This document shows, piece after piece, positions 31,503-39,382 of a DNA stretch of 40,963 nucleotides. The notes below the pieces were generated by a model. It saw only the letters and a list, made by a program, of their open reading frames with translations, ran no database searches and was not told the origin of the DNA. The translations under genes and the position numbers were made by a program. Source of the stretch: a virus. The first letter of the stretch is position 1. The number at the start of each line of letters is the position of its first letter. Location of the stretch: IMG/VR virus record IMGVR_UViG_3300029105_000019; one strand, 5' to 3'.

Positions 31503-31851
31503 CCGGCATATTCAAAACGGCATCAATCGTAGTGTTCAGCATATCCCAAAATGCCGCCTGCTGTTCAGGCGAAAGCTTTTTCATCTTATTAAGAGTGGCC
31601 TGCGCCTTTGCATCCAGCCCGTTCTCCATCTGGGGAGCGGGCTTTTCTTTTTGCTCGCTTTCGCCGGTGAGTTCTTCGACCGGGACGCCTAAAGCCTGTG
31701 CAACAGGTTCTAGCATTTTTTCTGGTATGTCCCTGCCGTTTGCTAGAATTTCCGCTAGGTATCCGCGGCTCTTTCCGATTTGAGTGCAAACAAATGCAAA
31801 ACTAATGCCCTTGCTTTTAGCGATTTGTTTAGCTCTTTCTACATTTCGCAT
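31483..31851 (-). CDS. CI-like repressor (XRE HTH)
   Basis: The HTH is IAKSKGISFAFVCTQIGKSRGYLAEILANGRDIP. It is divergent from the cro-like gene. The ATG at 31851 follows an aaaggtg RBS; the track start at 31860 is a GTG. Confidence 0.7.
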   Translation of the reverse strand: MRNVERAKQIAKSKGISFAFVCTQIGKSRGYLAEILANGRDIPEKMLEPVAQALGVPVEELTGESEQKEKPAPQMENGLDAKAQATLNKMKKLSPEQQAAFWDMLNTTIDAVLNMPDGDGNG

Positions 31852-31910
31852 AGGAAACACCTTTCATTTTTGTGCACCTAACCAAAACATTAGAAAATGA
31901 CAATTCTCTC

Positions 31911-31939
31911 TTGAAACCTAACGAATTGTTTAGTATAAT
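31911..31939 (+). promoter_or_regulatory. Early rightward promoter (TTGAAA-17 nt-TATAAT)
   Basis: ttgaaa lies at 31911-31916 and tataat at 31934-31939, with an exact 17-nt spacer. It lies in the divergent CI/Cro intergenic region. Confidence 0.7.
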
Positions 31940-32079
31940 GCTAAGCACAGGGCAAACAAAACCAAAAGCCCCTGACAATATTATATCGGGCATACGCTAG
32001 ATTCTATTTACTTTGTACCTTGCAAATACATAGTAGCATATTTTCTAGCGATTTTCAAGCCCGGAAAGGAGAATTGCTA

Positions 32080-32289
32080 GTGAATGTTTCAAAAATCGAC
32101 CAGTTTTGCAAGCTGCATGGTCTGAGTCGCACCGATCTGGAGGCGGCAGCAGGCCTGAGCAACGGCGCAATTGGAAAGTGGGAGCGCAGCGTGTACGGCC
32201 CCAGTATCAGTCAGCTGATGAAGGTGGCCCGATACTTTAAGGTATCCGTGGACAAGCTGCTGGTGGAAGAAGGAGGAAAGATCGAATGA
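32080..32289 (+). CDS. Cro-like XRE HTH regulator (69 aa)
   Basis: The GTG at 32080 lies 8 nt after ggaaaggag. The HTH is FCKLHGLSRTDLEAAAGLSNGAIGKWERS. Confidence 0.7.
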   Translation: MNVSKIDQFCKLHGLSRTDLEAAAGLSNGAIGKWERSVYGPSISQLMKVARYFKVSVDKLLVEEGGKIE

Positions 32290-33035
32290 CGGACATTATC
32301 TTATCCACCCAGAACGGCGAGCCGGTAGCATCCAGCCGCCAGATCGCCGAGAGCTTTGGCAAGGAGCACAAGAGTGTACTTCGCTCCGTCGAAGATTTGG
32401 TGGCGCAAAATTGTGCCGCCAAATCCATGTTCTACGAGACCACGTTTGAGAACAGGGGCAAGCAGTACCCCATGTATCTGATGAACCGGGACGGTTTCAC
32501 CCTGCTGGCTATGGGCTTTACCGGCAAGGCGGCGCTGGAGTGGAAGCTGAAGTACATCCAGGCATTCAACGAGATGGAGAAGAAGCTGAGCACTCCGCAG
32601 ATGCCCAAGCTCAGCAAGGAGATGCAGGCGCTGTTCCTGCTGGACGACCGCACCCAGAGGCAGGAGCAGCGGCTCACGGCGCTAGAGAACACCATGACGG
32701 TGGACTACAACCAGCAGCGTGTGCTGCGCAAGAGTATCAGCCGGTCGGTGATCTGCGCCCTTGGCGATGAAAACGCCCCGGCCTACATCGACAACCATGT
32801 GCGCAGCAAGGTGTACAGCGAGTGCAACCACGATGTTCAGGACTGGTTCCGGGTGAACAGCGTGGGGAACATCCCCCGCAAGCGCTTTGACGAAGCTGTG
32901 GAGTACATCCAGCGCTGGAAGCCCAGCACCAATACCGTGATGCTGATCCAGCAGACCAATGGGCAGACCAGCCTGTTTGACCGCGACTGTGCCCCGGCGG
33001 GCCGGCTGCGCGAGGGAGGGTTGAACGCACAATGA
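32286..33035 (+). CDS. Rha-family phage regulatory protein / antirepressor
   Basis: The N-terminal EPVASSRQIAESFGKEHKSVLRSVEDL is the classic Rha (pRha) signature. 249 aa. Confidence 0.8.
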   Translation: MTDIILSTQNGEPVASSRQIAESFGKEHKSVLRSVEDLVAQNCAAKSMFYETTFENRGKQYPMYLMNRDGFTLLAMGFTGKAALEWKLKYIQAFNEMEKKLSTPQMPKLSKEMQALFLLDDRTQRQEQRLTALENTMTVDYNQQRVLRKSISRSVICALGDENAPAYIDNHVRSKVYSECNHDVQDWFRVNSVGNIPRKRFDEAVEYIQRWKPSTNTVMLIQQTNGQTSLFDRDCAPAGRLREGGLNAQ

Positions 33036-33262
33036 CACTGCAACGCCTTATCTTCGCCTGCTGCAACGTGTTTACAGGCGCAACCAGAATCAGAGTCATT
33101 GTCAACACCGGCAAGTTGATCTATCACGGCCTTTGGAACGACGGCTGCACCAAGGATTTCGGCGATTTGAAAGTCCTGGATTTTGAGATCGACGAGATCA
33201 AAAAGAATGGAGTGGCCAAAACACTGACCGCATGGGTCGTTAAGGAGGATCCCAATGAGTGA
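33032..33262 (+). CDS. Hypothetical protein (76 aa)
   Basis: Coupled to the upstream gene by an ATGA overlap. Confidence 0.55.
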   Translation: MTLQRLIFACCNVFTGATRIRVIVNTGKLIYHGLWNDGCTKDFGDLKVLDFEIDEIKKNGVAKTLTAWVVKEDPNE

Positions 33263-34010
33263 CAAAATTATCGCCTACAAGGGTATGGACGAGAATATGT
33301 GCTGCCGTGGCAAGCAGTACGAGATTGGCAAGACCTACACCGAGAACAAGGCCATCTGCTGTATCTCCGGTATGCATGCATGCGAGAACCCTCTGGACGT
33401 GTTCCAATACTACCGCCCAGACGGCAAGAACCGATTCTTCGAGGTCGAGTGCAACGGAGCTATCAACAAGGGAGAAAACGATAGCAAGCTTGCATGCACA
33501 GAGCTAAAGGTTACAGGCGAGCTTAGTTTGGCGAAATTTATTCGATTGTCTGTGCAAACAACTTTTGAGCGGGCAATGAACCGTGCAAAGAAAAAGACGT
33601 CCGGCGATCGCAGCAGCGCGGCAACGTCCGGCTATTCCAGCAGCGCGGCCACGTCCGGCAATTCCAGCAGCGCGGCAACGTCCGGCGATTCCAGCAGCGC
33701 GGCAACGTCCGGCGATTCCAGCAGCGCGGCAACGTCCGGCTATTCCAGCAGCGCGGCAACGTCCGGCGATTCCAGCAGCGCCACAGCCACAGGCGGCTAT
33801 TGCAGCGCACAAGCAGAAGGCAAAAACAGCCTTGCAATTGCAAACGGCGCTCATAGCAAGGCGCGTGGTGTGCTTGGCTGCTATCTGGTTTTGACCGAGT
33901 ATGACGATGGCGGAAAGCTTTTGTGGGCTAAGATTGCAAAGGTCGATGGCACTGCAATTAAGGAAAATGTCTGGTATACGCTCAAAAATGGAGAGTTTGA
34001 GGAGGCGTGA
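33255..34010 (+). CDS. Repeat-containing protein: Cys/His-rich N-domain, 7x SG(D/Y/N)SSSAAT, conserved C-domain
   Basis: Strong aaggagg RBS. The N-terminus is AYKGMDENMCCRGKQYEIGKTYTENKAICCISGMHACENPLDVFQYY, and the C-terminus is GCYLVLTEYDDGGKLLWAKIAKVDG. Confidence 0.75.
   Translation: MSDKIIAYKGMDENMCCRGKQYEIGKTYTENKAICCISGMHACENPLDVFQYYRPDGKNRFFEVECNGAINKGENDSKLACTELKVTGELSLAKFIRLSVQTTFERAMNRAKKKTSGDRSSAATSGYSSSAATSGNSSSAATSGDSSSAATSGDSSSAATSGYSSSAATSGDSSSATATGGYCSAQAEGKNSLAIANGAHSKARGVLGCYLVLTEYDDGGKLLWAKIAKVDGTAIKENVWYTLKNGEFEEA
33600..33788 (+). repeat. Seven tandem 27-bp in-frame repeats (plus a degenerate 8th to 33815)
   Basis: Units start at 33600, 33627, 33654, 33681, 33708, 33735 and 33762. 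They are near-identical except for the first base of codon 3 (gat/tat/aat) and a few other sites. Confidence 0.95.
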
Positions 34011-34012
34011 AG

Positions 34013-34183
34013 GTGACGCGCTACATCTGGATGGAAGTCACACCGGACAAGTACGAACTGCCGGTAGCCGTGGCGGACAGCCTGAGAGCCCTTGCAAAGC
34101 TGCGGGGCGTCACGCCCGCCGCTATCAGCCACAGCGTCCACAAATTCGGCGACAGAGGCAAGTACAGAAGAGTGGAGATATAA
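34013..34183 (+). CDS. Hypothetical small protein (56 aa; below the track cutoff)
   Basis: gaggagg at 33999-34005 is followed by the GTG at 34013. Translation is VTRYIWMEVTPDKYELPVAVADSLRALAKLRGVTPAAISHSVHKFGDRGKYRRVEI. Confidence 0.45.
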   Translation: MTRYIWMEVTPDKYELPVAVADSLRALAKLRGVTPAAISHSVHKFGDRGKYRRVEI

Positions 34184-34206
34184 GTCAAAAGAGAGGAGGA
34201 TGCACC

Positions 34207-34428
34207 ATGCGTCCCACAATGAGCATTCACGACTGCTGCGAGTTGATGCGCTCGAACTTGATCTCGATAAGCGAACCAACGCTTATGGCAATGATTCAAG
34301 CAGGGATGTTTCCCGGATGGGCTGTTCCCTCTGTGGACACAAAGACCGCCGCGCCGCTGATCTCCCGCGCCGGATTTGTGGCGTGGCTGAAGGATTTTTA
34401 CAAGTTAGAGGAGGTACACGGACTATGA
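34207..34428 (+). CDS. Small HTH/excisionase-like DNA-binding protein (73 aa)
   Basis: gagaggagga RBS before the ATG at 34207. The segment ISEPTLMAMIQAGMFPGW...ISRAGFVAWL fits the Xis/MerR-like pattern. The functional call is tentative. Confidence 0.45.
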   Translation: MRPTMSIHDCCELMRSNLISISEPTLMAMIQAGMFPGWAVPSVDTKTAAPLISRAGFVAWLKDFYKLEEVHGL

Positions 34429-34673
34429 AACGACTGAACACCATTACCCTTGCCGGTTTCGCGGTGTGCGGCTTTCTGCTGGGCATGAAAGCGCTGGATC
34501 TGGCTGAAGCGGGCATCACCCTGCTGCTGATGGTCTGGGGCGGCTACGCCTACGGCGCTGCCGCTGCCCGCGCCCCGCTGGTGCTGTGGGCTGTGCTTTG
34601 CACGGCTGCAGGGCTTGCATTCAGCCTGTACGAGCTGCGCCGCGATAACCGGCAGAACCGGAGGGGAGCATGA
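34425..34673 (+). CDS. Small membrane protein (82 aa, 2-3 TM)
   Basis: ATGA coupling and a gaggagg RBS. Hydrophobic segments are ITLAGFAVCGFLLG, ITLLLMVWGGYAYGAAAA and LVLWAVLCTAAGLAF. Confidence 0.55.
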   Translation: MKRLNTITLAGFAVCGFLLGMKALDLAEAGITLLLMVWGGYAYGAAAARAPLVLWAVLCTAAGLAFSLYELRRDNRQNRRGA

Positions 34674-34858
34674 CCGCGAAGCAGTTCATCACCCGCAATC
34701 TGCGGCAGTATACGAACCTTGCCGCCAAACAGCGCGTGTATGCCGAGTACACCGACAACCCGCTGGAAAAGGCCGCCTACGCCGCCAGAGCATCCGCTTA
34801 CGACATCATGGCAGACGATATGCGGGAGATCCTTGAGGATGCCGATGACATCAACTGA
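34670..34858 (+). CDS. Hypothetical protein (62 aa)
   Basis: ATGA coupling to the upstream gene. Confidence 0.5.
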   Translation: MTAKQFITRNLRQYTNLAAKQRVYAEYTDNPLEKAAYAARASAYDIMADDMREILEDADDIN

Positions 34859-34941
34859 AAAGAGCCCGCCGGTGCAGCAACACCGACGAGCTCCAGAGGT
34901 GATGGTTTGAACGACTCCATCACCCCGAAGAATAACATACT

Positions 34942-35136
34942 TTGAAGGTTTTGACAAGCAAAATGGCAATTTTGATGATTTTCGACGGGCAGAAGAACCC
35001 GCCAGCGTTCCGCACGATGCGCTACGGCGACACCACACAGGAATTGGTCCAGCTGGCCGACGACCTGGCCAAAGGCCAGCCCGGTGATCTGTACGAGGTC
35101 TACGATAACGTCGGTGTTCTGGCGTATCGGAGGTGA
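34942..35136 (+). CDS. Hypothetical protein (start uncertain: TTG 34942 or ATG 34963)
   Basis: Coherent ORF with a weak RBS. Confidence 0.4.
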   Translation: MKVLTSKMAILMIFDGQKNPPAFRTMRYGDTTQELVQLADDLAKGQPGDLYEVYDNVGVLAYRR

Positions 35137-35142
35137 ATATTT

Positions 35143-35550
35143 ATGCAGTGCGATGAAAGAAAGCAGATCTGCCTGAACTACGCTGCCAATGTGCCGGAAT
35201 GGCAGATGGGCCTTACACTGGAAGCGCTTGCAGCCTTGGGCGAAGTGTCCAGCACCTGCGGCAAGGTCCAGAAGGCCGTCGCAGGGGATATGGCATGGAC
35301 GAAGATCCACCCGGACAGCGAGGATCTTGGGACGCTGCCCATCAACCGGGTAAAGGCCTGCAATGAGGCCGCTTCCGCTCTGGGCAAGGCGCTGTGGGCG
35401 CTGGAAGTCCTGCTGGCGCAGTCGGAACAGTTTGGGTTTGCGTTCGGGCTTGCGCTGGGCACCGAGTCTGCATACGGTACGCAGCACGACGTTCTGGAGG
35501 ATATATGCAGGACACACGGATGCGCGGAGGTGGCATACAATCATGGATAA
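35143..35550 (+). CDS. Hypothetical protein (135 aa)
   Basis: ORF with a ggaggtg RBS just upstream. Its stop overlaps the Erf start. Confidence 0.55.
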   Translation: MQCDERKQICLNYAANVPEWQMGLTLEALAALGEVSSTCGKVQKAVAGDMAWTKIHPDSEDLGTLPINRVKACNEAASALGKALWALEVLLAQSEQFGFAFGLALGTESAYGTQHDVLEDICRTHGCAEVAYNHG

Positions 35551-36163
35551 AATGAGCATTTACGAGGCGCTGGCCGGTGTGCAGGCAGAGCTTAAAGCAC
35601 CGAAGAACCAGCTCAACAAGTTCGGCGGATACAAATACCGCTCCTGCGAGGACATTCTGGAGGCGGTCAAGCCGCTGCTGAAGAAGCATGCGCTTGTGCT
35701 TCAGCTTTCTGATGAGCCGCAGATGGTCGGCGAATGGCATTACATCAAGGCCACTGCGATGGTAACAGACTTTTCCGGCCAACAGGTCAGCTGCACCGCA
35801 TACGCGAGAGAGTCAAGGGAAAAAAAAGGCATGGACGACAGCCAGATCACCGGCACAGCCATCAGTTATGCACGGAAATACGCCCTGAACGGCCTGTTCT
35901 GCATTGACGACACGAAGGACGCCGACGCCAACAAAGATGCGCCCAATGCCAGCCGGAAGCCCGGCGGCGGGAAGGCTCCGCAAAAGCAGACACCGGTTTG
36001 CGCCTGCTGTGGAAAGTCCGTCGGCCCGGTCAAACGCAAGGACGGAACCATTGCAAAAAAAGCCGAAGAAGTGGCCGAATACACCCAGAAAACCTATGGC
36101 CGGGTCCTGTGCTGGACCTGCGCCAAAAAGCAGCCAGAAGATGGAGGATTGACGCATGCTTAA
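35543..36163 (+). CDS. erf: ERF-family single-strand annealing recombinase with C-terminal CxxC...CxxC zinc ribbon
   Basis: SIYEALAGVQAELKAPKNQLNKFGGYKYRSCEDILEAVKPLLKKHAL...ISYARKYALNGLF is the ERF signature. The ATG at 35543 follows ggaggtg. The track ORF from 35363 is a spurious extension. Confidence 0.8.
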   Translation: MDKMSIYEALAGVQAELKAPKNQLNKFGGYKYRSCEDILEAVKPLLKKHALVLQLSDEPQMVGEWHYIKATAMVTDFSGQQVSCTAYARESREKKGMDDSQITGTAISYARKYALNGLFCIDDTKDADANKDAPNASRKPGGGKAPQKQTPVCACCGKSVGPVKRKDGTIAKKAEEVAEYTQKTYGRVLCWTCAKKQPEDGGLTHA

Positions 36164-36632
36164 CATCGTCGCAATTATGGGCCGTTTGGTCCACGACCCG
36201 GAACTTAAGACCACCCAGCAGGGCACGAGCGTGTGCAGTTTCCGCATTGCCTGCGACCGCAGCTATTCCAAGCCCGGCGAGCAGCGGCAGGCCGATTTCA
36301 TTGACGTCGTCGCCTGGCGGCAGACGGCGGAGTTCGTCAGCAAGTATTTCCAGAAGGGCAGCATGATCGCCATCGAGGGAAGCTTGCAGACCCGGCAGTA
36401 TCAGGACAAGCAGGGCAGCAACCGCACGGCGGTGGAGGTTCTGGCGAACCATATCGGCTTCGCAGGACCAAAGGCGGCAGAGAAGCCCGCTGTGCGCGAC
36501 TTCGACCAGCAGACGAAGAACTACACCAACGAAGCAAAGACCGCGCAAAATGCCCCGCAGGGCCAGCAGTACGCGCAGGGCGATGCAGACGATTTTATCG
36601 ACGTCACAGACGACGGCGACCTGCCGTTCTGA
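36156..36632 (+). CDS. ssb: Single-stranded DNA-binding protein
   Basis: The OB-fold N-terminus is MLNIVAIMGRLVHDPELKTTQQGTSVCSFRIA...ADFIDVVAWRQTAEF, and the acidic C-terminal tip is DDGDLPF. Confidence 0.9.
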   Translation: MLNIVAIMGRLVHDPELKTTQQGTSVCSFRIACDRSYSKPGEQRQADFIDVVAWRQTAEFVSKYFQKGSMIAIEGSLQTRQYQDKQGSNRTAVEVLANHIGFAGPKAAEKPAVRDFDQQTKNYTNEAKTAQNAPQGQQYAQGDADDFIDVTDDGDLPF

Positions 36633-36683
36633 CCCGGAACGCTGTGCTATCTGGCGATACGGGCGCTCGGAAGGAGGTGAAAC

Positions 36684-37463
36684 ATGAAAACGACGAAGAG
36701 AAGCAGTTTTATCATACTTCTGGAGCATGTCCACACAATGGAAGAGCTGACAGACGCAGAATTCGGCGCGTTCATCCGGGCATATGCCGCGTATGTGGAG
36801 GACGGCACCGAACCCGCGTTCACGGACCGCTCCATGCGGATGATGTGGAAGACGGTGAAAGCGTTTGATGAGATGAACTGCAAGAAATTCGAGGACACAT
36901 CAGAAAAACGACGCGAAGCGGCCAGAAAAGGAAACGAAAAGCGCTGGCACAGCGATAATGGGCATCGCAAAAATCGCAATTGCGAGATTTGCGATAAGCC
37001 TATCGCAAACGATAGCAAAAATCGCTTATCTGTATCTGAATCTGATTCTGTATCTGAATCTGATTCTGTATCTGAATCTGTATCTGATATAGAGAGTATA
37101 GACGCTTCCGCGTCTCCATCCCCCAGAGCATCCAAACGGTTTTCTCCGCCGGGGCTGGAAGAGATCGAGGCGTATTTTGCCGAGAAAGGCGGTACAGCTG
37201 CACAGGCGGAGCGATTCCGGGACTTCTACGAGTCCAACGGCTGGAAGGTCGGCAAGAACCCCATGAAGAGCTGGAAGGCTGCTGCATCCGGCTGGATGTC
37301 CAGAGACAAGGAGAGCGCCCAGAAGGCCAGCGCTCCGCGCAGCAAGCCGTTCATGGCTTCCCGGTCCCCCGAAGAGGCGGCAGCGCATCCGAACGACTTC
37401 CTCAAGAATGCTGCAACCCGCCGCCCTCTGAGAAAAAAGAAAGGAGAGGTTCACAATGCCTAA
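36684..37463 (+). CDS. Putative replication-associated protein (DUF6291-like N-domain, SD-repeat linker, C-terminal W-rich domain)
   Basis: aaggaggtg RBS. The N-terminal LTDAEFGAFIRAYAAYVEDG...SEKRREAARKGNEKRW and the C-terminal EEIEAYFAEKGGTAAQAERFRDFYESNGWKVGKNPMKSWKAAASGW fit that pattern. The function is inferred. Confidence 0.45.
   Translation: MKTTKRSSFIILLEHVHTMEELTDAEFGAFIRAYAAYVEDGTEPAFTDRSMRMMWKTVKAFDEMNCKKFEDTSEKRREAARKGNEKRWHSDNGHRKNRNCEICDKPIANDSKNRLSVSESDSVSESDSVSESVSDIESIDASASPSPRASKRFSPPGLEEIEAYFAEKGGTAAQAERFRDFYESNGWKVGKNPMKSWKAAASGWMSRDKESAQKASAPRSKPFMASRSPEEAAAHPNDFLKNAATRRPLRKKKGEVHNA
37029..37088 (+). repeat. 18-bp in-frame tandem repeat (SVSESD x3.3)
   Basis: tctgtatctgaatctgat is repeated within the CDS 36684..37463. 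Confidence 0.9.
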
Positions 37464-37632
37464 ATACAACGTTATGGTTGAGTGCCGCAACGCAGGCGGC
37501 ACAGACCTCCACTGCTGGCGGGTAGATGCCAGCAACCCCGGCGAGGCCGGTTACATCGCAACGCAGCTCGCGCAAAGCCATTACCCGGAGTTCGACGAGT
37601 TCGAGCCGGTGCGGGTGGAGGCGGTACGATGA
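37456..37632 (+). CDS. Hypothetical small protein (58 aa; below the track cutoff)
   Basis: aaggagagg RBS 6 nt before the ATG at 37456. Translation is MPKYNVMVECRNAGGTDLHCWRVDASNPGEAGYIATQLAQSHYPEFDEFEPVRVEAVR. The stop overlaps the next ATG (ATGA). Confidence 0.5.
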   Translation: MPKYNVMVECRNAGGTDLHCWRVDASNPGEAGYIATQLAQSHYPEFDEFEPVRVEAVR

Positions 37633-37844
37633 CGAACTCGACCTGCAAGGGCTGCCCGGACCGGAAGCCCGGCTGCCACGACCACTGCGAGCGGTTCAAG
37701 GCATGGCAGCAGATGCACAAGGCCGAGCTGGCCTACACCTACGATATGACCCACACAATGAGATGCTACCACCGTACATACGAGGACAAGCACCGTGAGC
37801 GGGGCAGAAAGCGCTATCTGGGCGCAAACGGAGGAGACGAATGA
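37629..37844 (+). CDS. Small Cys/His-rich protein (71 aa)
   Basis: The ATG at 37629 is coupled to the upstream gene. The N-terminus is MTNSTCKGCPDRKPGCHDHCERFKAW. The track ORF from 37482 is an upstream extension. Confidence 0.55.
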   Translation: MTNSTCKGCPDRKPGCHDHCERFKAWQQMHKAELAYTYDMTHTMRCYHRTYEDKHRERGRKRYLGANGGDE

Positions 37845-37845
37845 A

Positions 37846-38166
37846 ATGAAAGTTTTAGTTGCCTGTGAGGAATCGCAGGAAGTCTGTAAGGCGTTCCGGG
37901 CAAAAGGACACGAAGCCTATTCCTGCGACCTGATTGAGCCGTCCGGCGGGCATCCAGAATGGCATATTCTCGGTGACTGCCTAAAGGCTATTGAGGGGGG
38001 GCAGGTCGTGACGATGGACGGCGTAACGCATGACGTTGGCAAGTGGGATTTGCTCATTGCACACCCGCCCTGCACATACCTGAGCAATGCCGGAGCACGG
38101 CATCTCTGGAAAGAAAATCAAGACCAGCAATCCGAAGATAACAGTGTTGTCAGGCCCTGGGACTGA
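37846..38166 (+). CDS. C5-methyltransferase-like N-terminal fragment (106 aa), probably truncated
   Basis: MKVLVACEESQEVCKAFRAKGHEAYSCDL...WDLLIAHPPCTYLSNAGARHLW has a PPC(T/Q)xxSxAG motif-IV-like context. The sequence then ends after NQDQQSEDNSVVRPWD. A 69-nt gap follows before rusA. Confidence 0.45.
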   Translation: MKVLVACEESQEVCKAFRAKGHEAYSCDLIEPSGGHPEWHILGDCLKAIEGGQVVTMDGVTHDVGKWDLLIAHPPCTYLSNAGARHLWKENQDQQSEDNSVVRPWD

Positions 38167-38235
38167 AATTTGTTGCCTGATGTGCGGTCATTACGCACCA
38201 ACACTCAAGCAGTGGAACGGCGAGGAGCGAAAAAA

Positions 38236-38607
38236 ATGCACATAACCCTTTACGGTGACCCACGCACAAAGAAAAACAGTGCCCGCATCTTGCAAGGGCG
38301 CGGAGGACGGCGCTACGTGGCCCCAAGCGCGGCGTTTGAGGAATACCAGACAAGCTGTCTGTGGCAGATTCGCGCACCGCCTGAGCCTATCTCTGCCCGC
38401 GTGAACGTGCGGTGCGTGTACTACATGGCTACCCGACGCAAGGTTGACCTTGCAAACCTGATCGAGGCCACCTGCGACATACTGGTGACAGCCGGTGTGC
38501 TGGCAGATGACAACAGCCGCATCGTTGCCGCCCACGATGGAAGCAGGGTGGATTACGACAAACAAAACCCCAGAGTGGAGATCTGGATCGAGGAAATGGA
38601 GGAATAG
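38236..38607 (+). CDS. rusA: RusA-family Holliday junction resolvase
   Basis: Matches include ITLYGDPRTKKNS, DLANLIEATCDILVTAGVLADDNSRIV and VEIWIEE. The ATG at 38236 follows a gaggag RBS. Confidence 0.8.
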   Translation: MHITLYGDPRTKKNSARILQGRGGRRYVAPSAAFEEYQTSCLWQIRAPPEPISARVNVRCVYYMATRRKVDLANLIEATCDILVTAGVLADDNSRIVAAHDGSRVDYDKQNPRVEIWIEEMEE

Positions 38608-38610
38608 AAC

Positions 38611-38889
38611 GTGTCTCAATTATTCGGTATTTTGCTTTTTATCTTTTTTATGTCAATAACCGCATGGGGGCTATTTCTTGACTTCAAAAACCCATTCAAG
38701 CCACAAAAAGACCCTCGGTTGTGCGAACGATGTATCCACTTGCGCAAGAAGTTCCCAGATGAAAACGAAAAGTATAACAGATATATTTGCTCTGTAGACA
38801 AAGAAAAAGTCAAAGGGTATGATATTTCGCCCGAATATTGCCGCGATTTTGAGGAAAGGAGCACCAATGATTCGCACATGGACATCTGA
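38611..38889 (+). CDS. Small membrane protein with CxxC...C motif (92 aa)
   Basis: GTG start 6 nt after ggaggaa. The TM segment is LFGILLFIFFMSITAWGLFL. The segment is AT-richer than its surroundings. Confidence 0.55.
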   Translation: MSQLFGILLFIFFMSITAWGLFLDFKNPFKPQKDPRLCERCIHLRKKFPDENEKYNRYICSVDKEKVKGYDISPEYCRDFEERSTNDSHMDI

Positions 38890-39382
38890 CGCAGACGCGC
38901 CGAAAACAGAGGACCCCCGCGCACTGGCAGTGCGGCGATATTTTGAACGCCTGCCCAGAATGAGGTCTCTTATCTTGCAGCAGAAGGAGCGCATCGCAGA
39001 CCTCAAGAACGCAGCTACAACGACTACTTCCAGCGTATCCGGTGCGTCCGGGCGCTCTGGCGTCAGCGATAAGGTCGGGAACAATACCGATGCCGCGATG
39101 GACACCGAAAGGCATCTGCACGAGATGAAATGCCAGTACGCCGAGATGCAGAAAGAAGCCATCGACGTCGCTTATCTCCTCAACGCGGACCCTGCGTCCA
39201 TCAAGCGCAGCCGGTGCATCACGCTCTGCTATGTGGAGGGAAAGACCAGGGCCGCCGCCGCCGGAGAGGTCGGTTATTCAAACGCGCGGACGGTCTCCAC
39301 TGCCATTTCGGAGGGCTTTCGTCAGCTGGCAGAGATATGGACGGATACACCGTTCTGTGATTTTGACAGTTTTGCACAATAA
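38867..39382 (+). CDS. Late-gene activator candidate: sigma-70 region-4-like HTH protein (ArpU/RinA/DUF1492-like)
   Basis: The ATG at 38867 follows aggaaaggag. The C-terminal RCITLCYVEGKTRAAAAGEVGYSNARTVSTAISEGFRQL is a region-4-type HTH. It is located just upstream of the packaging region on the circle. Confidence 0.55.
   Translation: MIRTWTSDADAPKTEDPRALAVRRYFERLPRMRSLILQQKERIADLKNAATTTTSSVSGASGRSGVSDKVGNNTDAAMDTERHLHEMKCQYAEMQKEAIDVAYLLNADPASIKRSRCITLCYVEGKTRAAAAGEVGYSNARTVSTAISEGFRQLAEIWTDTPFCDFDSFAQ

Noticed and set aside
33600-33815. Possible CRISPR array or DGR variable region, because of regular repeats with a toggling nucleotide.
   Set aside because: The repeats are contiguous with no spacers and are in frame within a gene. 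No cas genes, reverse transcriptase or template repeat are present anywhere in the window.
33504-33894. Three ORFs (33504-33854 minus, 33538-33843 minus, 33583-33894 plus) with striking periodic peptides (AAGIAGRCR..., PAIPAARQR...).
   Set aside because: They are alternative-frame and opposite-strand readings of the 27-bp tandem repeat inside the well-supported CDS 33255..34010.
35363-35542. Upstream 60-codon extension of the Erf ORF (the track start at 35363). Similar extensions occur on 8495, 8857, 18870, 21767..22294, 24732, 25000, 29848..30600, 33901, 34092, 37482, 37795, 38170 and 38819.
   Set aside because: The extensions overlap the preceding genes and translate to Arg/Trp/Cys-rich junk. 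Internal ATG/GTG codons with GGAGG-type RBSs and ATGA/TAATG coupling give the biologically sensible starts used in the feature list.
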